Positions 45,201 through 56,294 of a stretch of 64,000 nt of DNA are shown piece after piece; the first letter of the stretch is position 1, and each line of letters opens with the position of its first letter. The notes below the pieces were generated by a model, which searched no databases, was not told where the DNA came from, and saw nothing but the letters and a program-made list of their open reading frames with translations. Source of the stretch: Eukaryota sp. TZLM1-RC (lineage: Eukaryota; Protista; Metamonada: BaSk clade). Made by a program: the position numbers and the translations under genes. Where the stretch lies: positions 186,001-250,000 of the forward strand of contig JAUPSS010000009.1 of NCBI GenBank assembly GCA_040285825.1. The letters are read 5' to 3'.

Positions 45201-47727
45201 CACCTGATCGTCTTGCTCGTTTTGATGGAGCCTGGGCTGATGGTGTTACTCCTCTTGAGTAAGTTTTCATCGCCGTGAGTCTTAAAGGAATATCTTCTTC
45301 ATTAGCCCTGTTCCTTAGTATATCCATTGTGGGCTTGTTTCCTGCTGTGTAACACCAAGCGAGGAAATGTCTTCTCGTTGTCGATATTAAATCGAGTAGA
45401 GTTGTTCTGTTCGGTGAGTCCCACAAGGATTCCCTAGTCCATACTGGGAGGAGTTCGCTCGATATAGCAAAGTTATCCAAACCCATAAGGAAGTACTCGG
45501 CTATTAGTGCGGGAGATATGGTTATCAGCCCACTGCTTCCTCTAATTAAATCGGGGATGGTTAGGTCGGTCATGTAGGTGGTCATTCTCAAGACGTCTCC
45601 AAAATCTTCTACATAACGACCAAACTCGTTGTCAGCCTCATGTCTATTGTGGATTTTTCTCCAGTTTATCCTAGGCTTCATTAGGGCTGTACAAGCCTCA
45701 TGATATGATGTAAATTGTGTTCTTTTTAACAGAAATACCATGACGTCGGCGTCGGTATAATCAACACCGAGTAAACCTTGACTCTGCCATCTAGATAGAA
45801 GGCTAGGGCCAATCATGCTGGATATTCCTGTAGGGCAAGTGCTCATCATCATGCTCCTAAATAAATCATAATGGTGGATTGGGGGTCCGAGCTTATCTGT
45901 TATAGCTGGGTCAATCCTTACCAAAGGCTGTGTTGTGTCCCTGGCGATCTCGTCGCGTATATGTTTGGGGAGATCTTTAATCCTATCTTGGGTTGTTTCT
46001 GCTTGGCCTTCTCCAAATAGCTGGGTAGCTATCATAAAGGCTCTGGTCCAATCTGATTGACCTGGGGCTTCAAAGCTTCTATTAGCTATCTTTCGCCCGT
46101 ACTTATCCCAAGTTTGATATTTTAAAAGAAAAGCTATGATAGACATTTTGTTGATAGGGTCATCAGCGGATAATCGAGGTCTTTTATAGTCGATGTCCTT
46201 AGACCGTGGATCAATCTGTCTATGAAGGCTACTAGCTATACTCATGTCAATAGCTCTTCTTGAGGATTGTAGGTCCTCGATACGCATGGATCTGTCGGAA
46301 GAAGAGTTTCTTACTGAGGGTTGAGGAGGAGCCGTTTCTCCAACGACTGGCCCGTTCAACTCTATGTCTTCTCCAATTTCACATTCCATAGGTTGGGAGG
46401 AAGTTGGTTCTTCCTGAGGAGCAACGTCTTGTCTTGTTACAGGCTCCGGGACGTTCACTGTTGGAACGTGTTCGGGTATGCTGTCAATAGAGCAGACCTT
46501 TATTGGTTGGCTTTTTTCAGAAATTATAGGGGCTACAACAGGCAATTTGGGAAGGTGGAGAGATGTGGATGGATCTCCCGTTACCCATTGTCTAAACTCT
46601 CGTTGTTTCGTGAACGAGTTACCATGTTGTTGGATGTAGTTGTTAGGACGGCTCCTATACGTGGATACAGCTGATCGTTCCGTATGAATGTTATTCAGAG
46701 CGTCTGCATCGAACCAGGGTGTTACTGGTTCAAGCTTGTCTTGTTCACTACTATCCTCCTGCTCCATAAATTCCCTAAAATATGTGGGAGCACTTTCTGT
46801 CAGCTCCGCGTAATTATGGCTTACCGTATCAAAGTTAGGATCAAACCAGGCAGGCAATTTGGATTGTAGGATGTCTTCCGAGTCGGTCCTACTTCTCTGT
46901 TCGATGGAGAGATACCTTATTCTCCTGCCGTATTGATCTAGGAAGGAGGCCTTCCAATCCAATCTATCATTGATGGGAAGAGACATCAATTCATCGATTC
47001 TCTTGTCCATTCCAGAGATTCTGGGGCGGCGTTCTGCGTTACGCCCGAATGTCTCTCTACTCAATTTATCGAGTGCCTTTATGAGTTCATTCCTTTCATT
47101 GAGGGGAATTTCCAATACCTTTTGGGTATCCCCAATCATTCCGAGGGTCTGGAAACCAACGTTTCTGCCTCTTTTTTGAATGTAACTCCATAAAGGGGGA
47201 AGCTGCTCGAACAGACAGAAATCTGTTGGTTCGAGGTAAGCCTCCGCATCCTCTCTTAATAACTTGTAGAACCCCTCAGAAGAGTCGTCTTCTCCCTCCA
47301 TTTCATCTAGTTGAGATTGAATTTCTTCATATTCTCCTAATGGGGAAGACGTGTCTAAGGTGGGATCTCCATCCGTTCCCTTTGAGACAGGTTCTAGAAT
47401 TGGGAGGGGAGAGGGAGCCGGGTCCGTTCTTGTCGCCTCTTCCATTGCTTTGAGGGGAGAGGGAGCCGGGTCCGTTCTCGTAACCTCATCTGTTTCTTTT
47501 TTCCTGAGGGGAGAGGGAGCCGGGTCCGTTCTCGTTACCTCTTCTGTTGTTGAAGATGGAGGGACCTTGTCCACTCTTTCATCTTCTTCTACATTAAGGG
47601 AGGGGGAGGTGGGATCCGGGTCCGTTGCCTCGTTGCCCTCTATATCATGTGTATGTGACGCTGGTACTTGCTGCATATTAAGTGGTGGATTAGAGTCAGA
47701 GATATCTGGTTGGGAGATGTCTGACAT
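42250..47727 (-). CDS. Gag-Pol polyprotein in a single frame (gag, protease, RT, RNase H, start of integrase)
   Basis: CTFC-x10-H-x4-C knuckle, IDSAA protease, DLPKAF and YIDD RT, TDASD RNase H, H..GHP integrase start. Confidence 0.95.
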
Positions 47728-48510
47728 GCTGTAAAGTGTCTGAAGATGTTCGCTAATGCTGAAGTTATGGTATACCTTTTGACTTTAAAATGGCCAATAA
47801 TTATTGTTGCCTAAAGTCTATTGTAGTAAAGAAAAGTCTGATTTATTTTCTATTCATATTATATAAGCCTTAGGGCGCCAACACATATCTACAACCTCTT
47901 AACCTGATATCAATTATTATCTGACAGACCATTGAGATATTGAAAATTTCAGCAATTCTTCATTGGACAATGACAACTATAACAGTAATTTCAGTCTATG
48001 TGGGATTTGAAAAGCACATAAAGTCCCACTAAGGAAAACTAAACTGAAATTCCCTCCTTAACTGCAACGGGGTTCAAAATTATTGGATCCATTTCTCATC
48101 AGGAAAAATAGGGAGGAGACAGTTGAGGTTATAGAACTTGATTGATTGGGACCATACCTATGAAAATCAGTATTTTTATGTATTTGCGCATTTTTTGTAT
48201 CTATTTTTTATACCGGAATTATTTGCAATCAATGACAATCATATAGATAAACATGATTAAATATTGTGTTTAAACATTGTAGGCTGCATTCAATAGCAGT
48301 GATATACCATACATTCCATACGCCGTATGCGTATGGCAGATTAAACCCGTATGGCAAATTCTTCACGTTGTAACATTATGTCCTCTTTGACCACCTTTAA
48401 TTACTAGACTGTTTTATTTGTATAATTTGTATTGCAATTCCAAATGATACCTTTTATAACATTGTTCTGTATCACTCTCAACTCTCGTATCCTAACCTCA
48501 TCTTCTAAGA

Positions 48511-48720
48511 TTAAGCGAGCTTTGTTGTTGGTTGGAACTTAGTGTTGAAGTGCACATATACTAGTTTTTTGGCTCTTTCAATTATGAGACTGTTTCTTGC
48601 GTTAGAATGAATAAAAGAATTAGAACTCCAGACTCTTTCACAGGCAATAGCTGAACATACTTGGCTAAGCAGCTCAATTGCAAGTTTTTTACGGTAGTAG
48701 CCTCCTGCTCCTAGTTCCAT
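48511..48720 (-). pseudogene. hAT transposase C-terminal dimerisation-domain remnant
   Basis: LAIELLSQVCSAIACERVWS...IHS..RNSL...AKKLVYVHFN. Confidence 0.85.
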
Positions 48721-48825
48721 CAGAACTCAATGTCCAAAACATAAAGACATTAGTGAAAAGAGTGGAAGTGGAGAAAAGATACTGAAAGTGAGATGCATTA
48801 AAATAAATATATTATAAATATATAT

Positions 48826-49895
48826 TATTGCCTAAAGTCTATTGTAATAAAGAAAAGTCTGAGATAATGTGAATGAGGAAAAGTCAATGAAAACGTTGAA
48901 CTATTTTGTATTCATATTATGTAAGCCTTAGGGCTCCAACACTGCTTCTATTTTTTCCAAAATAAATCAGCTTATATGAATATGAAACAAAAACTATAAA
49001 CAACTAACTAAAAAACTATAAATAACTAATTATACTAGAAACTAAATACTAATTTGTTCTATTGTTTACTATTATTTCTGCGCTGATTGGAATTCACACA
49101 AACACTGGTTTTATTTTGGTTAAGATTCGCAACTCATGTGCTGATAATGTACAATATGGTAGTTCACAATAACCAAAAGGGCCTCGTTTCAAAAATTGTG
49201 TGTCTGAATACTTCGTTGGGTGTGTTGTAATTGCTACATAAAGACGTTCTGCGTCTTTTCTTTTCATAAACGAATAACGTGGTAGTGTCGTTTAGTAAAA
49301 ACATAGTGGAATCGACTATTGATTTACAAATGATCATACAGTGTCTGAGTTGGATTAACAACAACAGTGGGCAAAGTAACAAACTTCAGAAATCTGAAGG
49401 CGGAATCTTTTGTTGTTAGAGTACTGCCTTTACGACTACTATTGTTAGAGGAGGTTCAACACTCGTATATTTGTCCTCGTAGTACATTAATAGTGGAGGT
49501 GGAGTCACTACTCGTAACCTCGGAAGTAATCGACTTCTTTGTGTTTGGCTTTATAAAGTCCCAATGGACAAAAGTTCATTGGCTCGCGCTACGGCTGCAC
49601 GTCCTCGTTAGGAGTTTTTAGAGTCAACCACAGGCGTCATATTTCCCTTGTCATGTATTTGAACATGAAATTCATCATACTCTCCTAGTGGGGATGACGT
49701 GTTTAAAATTGGATCTCCATCCGGTCCGTTGACTACAGTTAATATGTTTGAATGGGGAGATGGAGTCGGGTCCGTTCTCATAACCTCCGTCGACAAAGCT
49801 TGTTTACTGAGGGGAGAGGGAGCTTGGTCCGTTCTCGTAACCTCTAATGACGAAGTTGTTTTCTTGAGGGGAGAAGGAGCCGGGTCCGTTCCCAA
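48826..49895 (-). mobile_element. Decayed relative of the 79-bp-LTR family (3' LTR with ~39-bp insert, 3' UTR, gag N-terminal piece)
   Basis: LTR-homologous 48826-48941; TRTDPAPSPL repeats and GDP.L.TSSPLGEY at 49608-49895. Confidence 0.8.
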
Positions 49896-50329
49896 CCATT
49901 TCCCAACCACTTGATCAGTACCTGAAAAAATTTGTTCAAGGTTAATATACTCTTGGAAATTTACAAAACATATGACCAGAATATATGAAGCTAAATATTT
50001 TAAAAATTTGTACAGCTAGGCTGTTTTGGATTAAGATACTCACTCATTGTTATCGCATAAAGGTGCGTGTGGATTAACCATCTGATTAACCACTATTTGT
50101 AACCATTGTGCACCGAAAATTTGGGCCATATGATCTTAATGAAGCTTTTGTAACAAAAATGAGGTAATATTTGAATATTCCAATTGAGCAACTTCTATTT
50201 AATAAAGAATGCATTTGTTTCAATAAATATTAATAGACAACTTGCTTTAACTGCTTTTTACTGTCTTTTTGTTTTTGGTAAATGGAAAACTAGCAGTAGA
50301 AGCAACAAATTTTTAAAAATGATTTCCAA

Positions 50330-51500
50330 ACGTTGGTTCAAAAAAAAGCTTAATTAGAAATAACTGAATCTTTGATCAGAAGTTATGTATTTTGTTCTGC
50401 TGATTTGGGTGGAAATGGTCTCACTAAATCTTCGATTTTGTGTAAAGCAGCATTTTTAGGAGGTGGAACAAATTTAATTTTTGAATTTTTCCAAAGGTTC
50501 CCTTTTGATGTTCATCTGATCAATGGTGAATCAAATTTTTACCTAAATCAACTTCAATTTGAATTAGATCATTTGCCCAGTGATATCTGGATTCAGTGTT
50601 TTCCTCAGAATGTTTAAGAAGTTTTGAACCATTCACTCCCAAATATACATTTTTGCCTGAAAAAACTTCAGCACCATCTAGTTAAATCTTATGAAAGCTT
50701 GGATTATGAAGTAGGACTTGGATTTTCAAAAACTGTAAATGCCGCTTTCGGAAAATTTTTAAAGGACATTCGTAAGCGTTTTGCTGCTGCTTTAGTAACT
50801 CACATTCCCTCTGCTTATGGATTTTTTTTAAAAAAACAATGAATGGCTTTTTAACATGCGTTCTCGTTGTTTTCTATTGACAAACATTTTGCCCAATCAT
50901 TTAACATGTAAAAATGGTAAACCTCTTTTGTTTACTCATCTATTGAACTGTGAAAAATTTCATTACATTTAGAAGTAAAGTGCATAATAATGTCAGGGAC
51001 CAAATTTATGTAATTTGCAAATCATGTCGAGTAAATTCCTTTTTAGAGCTTTTGCTATCAGAATTTATTCTCGATGATCTCAATATTGTTAGTACGCGCT
51101 ACAATAGAGCTTCTTTAGGTCTGACAAAAGGTGATTTGGTTGTCCCGGCTTAAATGGTAGTTTTACTATTTTTGACGCCATGTTCATCGACCCTTGAAAT
51201 TCTTCTAACGAACATTTCATTACCTGAGATGTCAATAACCCTCTTCTTATTGGCGAAAGATATAAAAATGGTAAATACGCGAAACCCAATTCTCATGCCC
51301 AATATAATTTATGTCCCTTTGTTTTTTCTTTGCTTGGATCTTTAGGTAAGGCTGCTGTGTCTTTCCTTGAGGATTTTGTTGTAATTGTAACGGAAAGCAC
51401 TGGAAGAATTTTCAATCGTGTTTACTGACAAAGCAGGATTGTATTTTCTATTTTTAAGGGAATGAGGAAATTAATTTCGCATTCACTCTTTTAATTTGGG
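50330..51500 (+). mobile_element. Second RLE-type non-LTR retrotransposon remnant
   Basis: DLGGNGL (RT thumb-like), HNNVRDQIY..CK, KGDLVVP and YVPLFF resemble 30960-31720; frame broken. Confidence 0.65.
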
Positions 51501-52103
51501 AATTTTTCTGAATCTTAAGTAATTAATTGTTTTGATGTAGGTGAGGCAGATTCTGAGGATGTGGAGCTATAGTTGCGTATTTCTTGATTTCATATTCCCT
51601 ATTAGATAAATTAAAAATGTTAAAAAAAGGAAAAAGCAATGAAGATATTTGATATGTTTCCTTGGCACACACGAATTCAGTAAATATTATTTTCAAATTA
51701 ATAGTATGCATCAGTTCTTTCACCGAATATGAGAAGCAATGATGAAAAGCAAGCAGATCAAGATGTTGTAGAGGAGATCTTTTTTAGCTTTTACTTTATT
51801 ACATTCAAAAAAATTAAACACAAAAATTAAAAATTAAAAATCTAAATCTTCATATCCCAAATTAGCCAATAAGAATTGACTGGAAGTTTTTCCTTCATAA
51901 AAGCGACCAAGAGATAATAAAGCAGAAGACAATAACAGGACAACACATTTAAAAATTGAAATTACAATTCTGTTCTGCAAAAACGCTTCGCCAAAAGTTC
52001 TTCCTGAGGAAATCTTGTTAAAATTAACTTTGTCCCATTGGTCTGATTTAATTTTATTAAGTTTCACCTACGAAATAATGCAAATCATCTCCAAAGTACT
52101 TAC

Positions 52104-52955
52104 ATGAACACCAAAGATAAGACACAGCGGGTCCCAAAACCACCATCACTTGCTGCCTTGAAAAGAGATGTTACAAAGTGTCTACCTCTTGTGAACATTT
52201 CTTTTCTCCCAACAGATGGTATCGACACCAGCGTTTTCAATCCCTTTTTTGAATACCTTTCAGCTCAAAATCTGAACTACAATCAACATTGCAGCTTTTA
52301 TTACCCTTCCATTTTACTTTCTTTTGAACCCAACAAACTCACTTCGTTTAATCTAGAATTCCCCTCTCCCTTGGTCGTTATATATCTCTCTCAGACCGCT
52401 TTGAATTCACTCCTTGATTCGTATACTGACTCTACTCTACCTGATCTTATGAACTTTGTCACCACCAACTTTCCCTCCACCACTGCCCGTTTTGTTTCCT
52501 TTTCTTCTGATTCTCACCCATTGCTGTCTTCCTTTCAATCTCGACTCATTTTCTTTAACTCCACCCTCTGTGTTTTCCACAACACTTCTACCTTGAATGA
52601 TTGGTTGGCATCCACACTCAGAGTATACTCTCAATCTGCATTTAGAAAGGAAGTAGCAAACAATTGTTCAGATGAAGTTGGTTGTAATTCATTGAAAAAA
52701 GTTGATAAATTTTTTCCTTCAAACTCTGCGAAAGACACGTTTGCCAGAATGCTGATTCGGATTCCTAGGATGAACCATGAAGCCATCGTCTCTATTATTG
52801 ATCATTATGGCTCTTTGGGTGAATTAATTCTTGCTTATCAGGTCTGTGAAGATTTATCAGAACGACAGAATTTATTAAAGGATCTTTCAGCTGGTAATAG
52901 GAGAATTGGTCCTTCCTTAAGCCTCAAAGTTTGGGAAATCATTTACGGGGAATAG
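52104..52955 (+). CDS. EME1: EME1/MMS4-like subunit of the MUS81 endonuclease (ERCC4-like + HhH)
   Basis: FARMLIRIPRM...IIDHYGSLGELILAY...LLKDL...RRIGPSLSLKVW. Confidence 0.75.
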   Translation: MNTKDKTQRVPKPPSLAALKRDVTKCLPLVNISFLPTDGIDTSVFNPFFEYLSAQNLNYNQHCSFYYPSILLSFEPNKLTSFNLEFPSPLVVIYLSQTALNSLLDSYTDSTLPDLMNFVTTNFPSTTARFVSFSSDSHPLLSSFQSRLIFFNSTLCVFHNTSTLNDWLASTLRVYSQSAFRKEVANNCSDEVGCNSLKKVDKFFPSNSAKDTFARMLIRIPRMNHEAIVSIIDHYGSLGELILAYQVCEDLSERQNLLKDLSAGNRRIGPSLSLKVWEIIYGE

Positions 52956-53923
52956 CTTTTTTTCTCGAATTTCGAATTTAATTATTTTTAATTCAAATAC
53001 TATTATTTTATTATTTATTATTTATTTTATTATTTTATTTTATTATTTTATACTATTATTTTTATTAGTTTAAATACTATTGACTGAACTTTTGTTGTTA
53101 CAATTATCTTGTAGAATAATTTGTATTTATTTATTTCAACCAAGCTGTTTATTCACATTAGGAATTATTTTTCTTTTTTTAACTGAAATATTTATTGAGA
53201 TAATTTTTCTTTTGGAACATAAATGGTTTTTCCAGAAGTTTTAGCAATAATTGATACAATATTCTACTTCATTCTATGTGTAGCAGTTTCGCATTAATTC
53301 AATTTTTTTGTATTACATTACACTCTTTATAGTCATTTTCTTCGAAGTTTTGGATCTTACTTGTTCAAATAGGAATTTTTTAATAAAAACTGTAGAATAC
53401 TTGTTCAGAGTAGCTCAAATTCAGTAATATTATTAAAAACTCAATATGACTTTGGTACTTTGAAACATGGTGAGTCAACACGAGGTGGTGAACAACCTTC
53501 CCAAGTAATTGAACCGAATTCTGATAAACGTTCACTAAACAACACAGTTTCTAATTGGTTTCTAATTGTTATAACGTAGTTGAAGAACATAAAACTGAGA
53601 AAATAGTGATGAAGAGACCTATGGTGTAACAATATTGAATTGAAAAAATTAGTTTAAAATTTTGTGTTTGAATAGAATGAATTTCGATAATGGAAGCTAT
53701 CGTCATTGTTAGATCAAATGTTCAGGTTGTTAGCATTATTTTTCTCAGTAATTAGGTCCATTTTAGTGATAAGAATTCATGATATAATCTTTACATGTGT
53801 TGATGAATGTTGGAATAAAACATGTATCAAATGAACAATTTTTGATTCAATTTTACTCATCATCCATAACTATCCCACTATTTAAGCTGTAGTATTAGCT
53901 TGAAAGCTTTGGATCCAAATGAT

Positions 53924-54784
53924 ATGAATCATGCTTATGGAATCAAGAGCTGCATTGATCTGTATCACGATCTATATGAAAACAAGAAGTCAGCTTCTTC
54001 CTCATCAACTCTATTATGTGTAGGCACTACTCCCATCTCCCATGTCAACCATCCATTTGTACCATTTTCCATTTATCTTGATATTAATGATGTTGAATCT
54101 CCTCCTGATTGGAATGTTATCCAATATGAATCACTACAAAAGTTGTTGTATTTTCAGCTTGGAATCCATCAAAATTCATCTGTTGTTGTTTATTCTACTT
54201 CACCAATGATTGCTTGTAGGGTGATATGGGCCCTTTGCATGGCTAACATCACCAGTGTTTTTCTCTTGGATGGAGGAATCTTCCAGTGGATTAAACTCAA
54301 TCTTCCCACCACCACCACGCCAAAGCCTCCCCATTTATCCAATGAACCTTTCCTCTCGTACGAGCCTCGTCTAACCTTTCTCACCACTAGCAAGGAAATC
54401 TTAGACTGCTTAGCTGATTGCAATACTATTATTGCAGACGTTCGAACCTTGTCTGAGCATAACGGAGAGACTTCTGGCTATGACTATATCGCAGAAAAAG
54501 GAAAGATTCCTGGAAGTCTATGGGCTCTTGCTGGACTCGGCACACACGATGTTGTTGACTTTATTGATGAAGAAGGAATGGTTCGACCATTGGAGGAGAT
54601 TGGAAAGAGGTGGACTGAATTGGGGATTAAACAGGGTAAGAAATTAGTATTTTATTGTGGAACGGGTTGGAGGGCTTCTGTAGCTTGGTTCATTGCATTA
54701 AACTTGGAATGTTTTGACAATGTTTCCTTGTATGATGGTGGTTGGTTGGATTTTGTTTCCAAGTATCAAGATTTGATTGATTAG
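53924..54784 (+). CDS. Tandem-domain rhodanese/sulfurtransferase (YnjE-type active loop)
   Basis: LLDGG..W, DVR..E..G, GKIPG, FYCGTGWRAS, LYDGGW. The ATG at 53924 is taken as start. Confidence 0.9.
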   Translation: MNHAYGIKSCIDLYHDLYENKKSASSSSTLLCVGTTPISHVNHPFVPFSIYLDINDVESPPDWNVIQYESLQKLLYFQLGIHQNSSVVVYSTSPMIACRVIWALCMANITSVFLLDGGIFQWIKLNLPTTTTPKPPHLSNEPFLSYEPRLTFLTTSKEILDCLADCNTIIADVRTLSEHNGETSGYDYIAEKGKIPGSLWALAGLGTHDVVDFIDEEGMVRPLEEIGKRWTELGIKQGKKLVFYCGTGWRASVAWFIALNLECFDNVSLYDGGWLDFVSKYQDLID

Positions 54785-55293
54785 TTTTTTCTGTGTTTTG
54801 TTTTTTTGTTGCTAGTCAATTACTTTCAATATATAATTTATTTATAATTGTCCTTCAGCATCTTATTGAAGTTTGGCCATTAGCTATTCAATTTATAAGA
54901 TTGTTTTTTGAACAACACACTATTGCATGACGTCATCTAGAATCATTCTACACCACACTTCACTGGTTTAGACATGTCTTCAGATAATCTCCGTTCAATA
55001 CAAGTTGTAATGAAATTAGAACTAATTGGAAAAAGACGAACTTCCATTCCCTTGATAACAATTACAATCAAATCAGTACGATTTACAATGTCTGTTCCAG
55101 CAGATAGCTCAGACTAAATCAGATCAACAATTGGCTTTATCAATAAATATCTGCTTAACTTGGGAGTAGTAAGGAGAAATGGAGGGTATGGAACCCAAGC
55201 AATTGAATAATGTTTCTTTTGTAATTACAATTAATTAATTTTAATGACAAACTCTTACAAACTGAAGAATGTTGTTCCACAATGTTGTGTTTA

Positions 55294-56187
55294 TTAGTAG
55301 AAACACAAATTACTACTGGATGACCGCATAAACAAGTGTTTTCTACCACTGAATATCTCTATAATATTGTCAAGTCCTTTCAACTGAATTGGGGTATTGT
55401 TAATCGTTTTCGGTACCCCAAAAGAATTATTACTATTATCTCCCCAAATATAGACAGATCCATTATGTGTAAGGGCTACAGAAGTGAAATCCCCAGCAGC
55501 AACCATTTTGACGTTACGAAGCCCTGGAACTTGCATTGGTTTTTTGGAAACATCACTACAGATACCCAACTGTCCTTTGTAGTTCTCACCCCAACCCCAA
55601 ACTAATCCATTCAAATCAACAGCAATAAAGTGTCTTTTGCCTGCAGCAACTGATTTTGCTTTAATGGAATGGGACACTACTTTGTTGTTGATTAGAGTAA
55701 ATACTGAAGAGTTGGCGTCGATCACAATGAGTCTGTCAAGATACCCATTCATTAAACAAATGTTGGAAAGCTTCCCACTTTCCTGAAATCCATAACGCCA
55801 CCTTCCCCAAGTGATAATTTTTCCTTCATCAGTTAACCCATATGAGTAGTAGTGACCAGCATGAATGTCAAGCAGTTTGTATGGGAGATCGATTTTGGAT
55901 ATATCAAGGTAAAGATCGTGACTGAATGGGAGTATTTGTTCGTCATCATTATAGCCCCACCCAAAGAGATCTCCATTCTTCAAAAGAACTAATGAATGGC
56001 AGTCACCAGCAGATATTCGAATAGCATTGTGTAATGGAATCTGTACAGGTGTTTGGAATTGATGGTCACATGTACTCTGGATTTGAAAGTGTTTGTTTGA
56101 ACCAAAAGAAAGAACATCACCATTAGTTGATAGAAGAAGGATGTGATCATGTGCAGAGACGGAGTCAATGTGGTGTGTTGATTGCAT
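55294..56187 (-). CDS. RCC1-repeat protein
   Basis: Repeated SAGDCHSLVL..GDLFGWGYN, AAGKRHF..GLVWGWGENYKGQLG, AAGDFTS..GSVYIWGDN. Confidence 0.88.
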   Translation of the reverse strand: MQSTHHIDSVSAHDHILLLSTNGDVLSFGSNKHFQIQSTCDHQFQTPVQIPLHNAIRISAGDCHSLVLLKNGDLFGWGYNDDEQILPFSHDLYLDISKIDLPYKLLDIHAGHYYSYGLTDEGKIITWGRWRYGFQESGKLSNICLMNGYLDRLIVIDANSSVFTLINNKVVSHSIKAKSVAAGKRHFIAVDLNGLVWGWGENYKGQLGICSDVSKKPMQVPGLRNVKMVAAGDFTSVALTHNGSVYIWGDNSNNSFGVPKTINNTPIQLKGLDNIIEIFSGRKHLFMRSSSSNLCFY

Positions 56188-56294
56188 GTGCCAGGTATAA
56201 TTAGCTTGTCATGTGACGTGCAAAGAATTTTAATGAAAAAATAATTTTGTTTTTAAGACCATCAATAGCCTGAAGCCCAAGTACTTTTGACATG

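Larger units (their letters stand above)
40770..47883 (-). mobile_element. Full-length Ty3/Gypsy chromodomain LTR retrotransposon with an internal inversion
   Basis: 79-bp LTRs (40770-40848, 47805-47883; 1 mismatch; TG..CA), 4-bp TSD CATA, PPT GAAAAAGGGAAGAAGCAG, domain order gag-PR-RT-RH-IN-chromo. Confidence 0.97.

Noticed and set aside
51834-52103. Possible minus-strand exon preceded by a GTAAGT...TAG intron-like stretch
   Set aside because: The upstream exon would overlap EME1 antisense and no motif is recognisable; needs RNA data.
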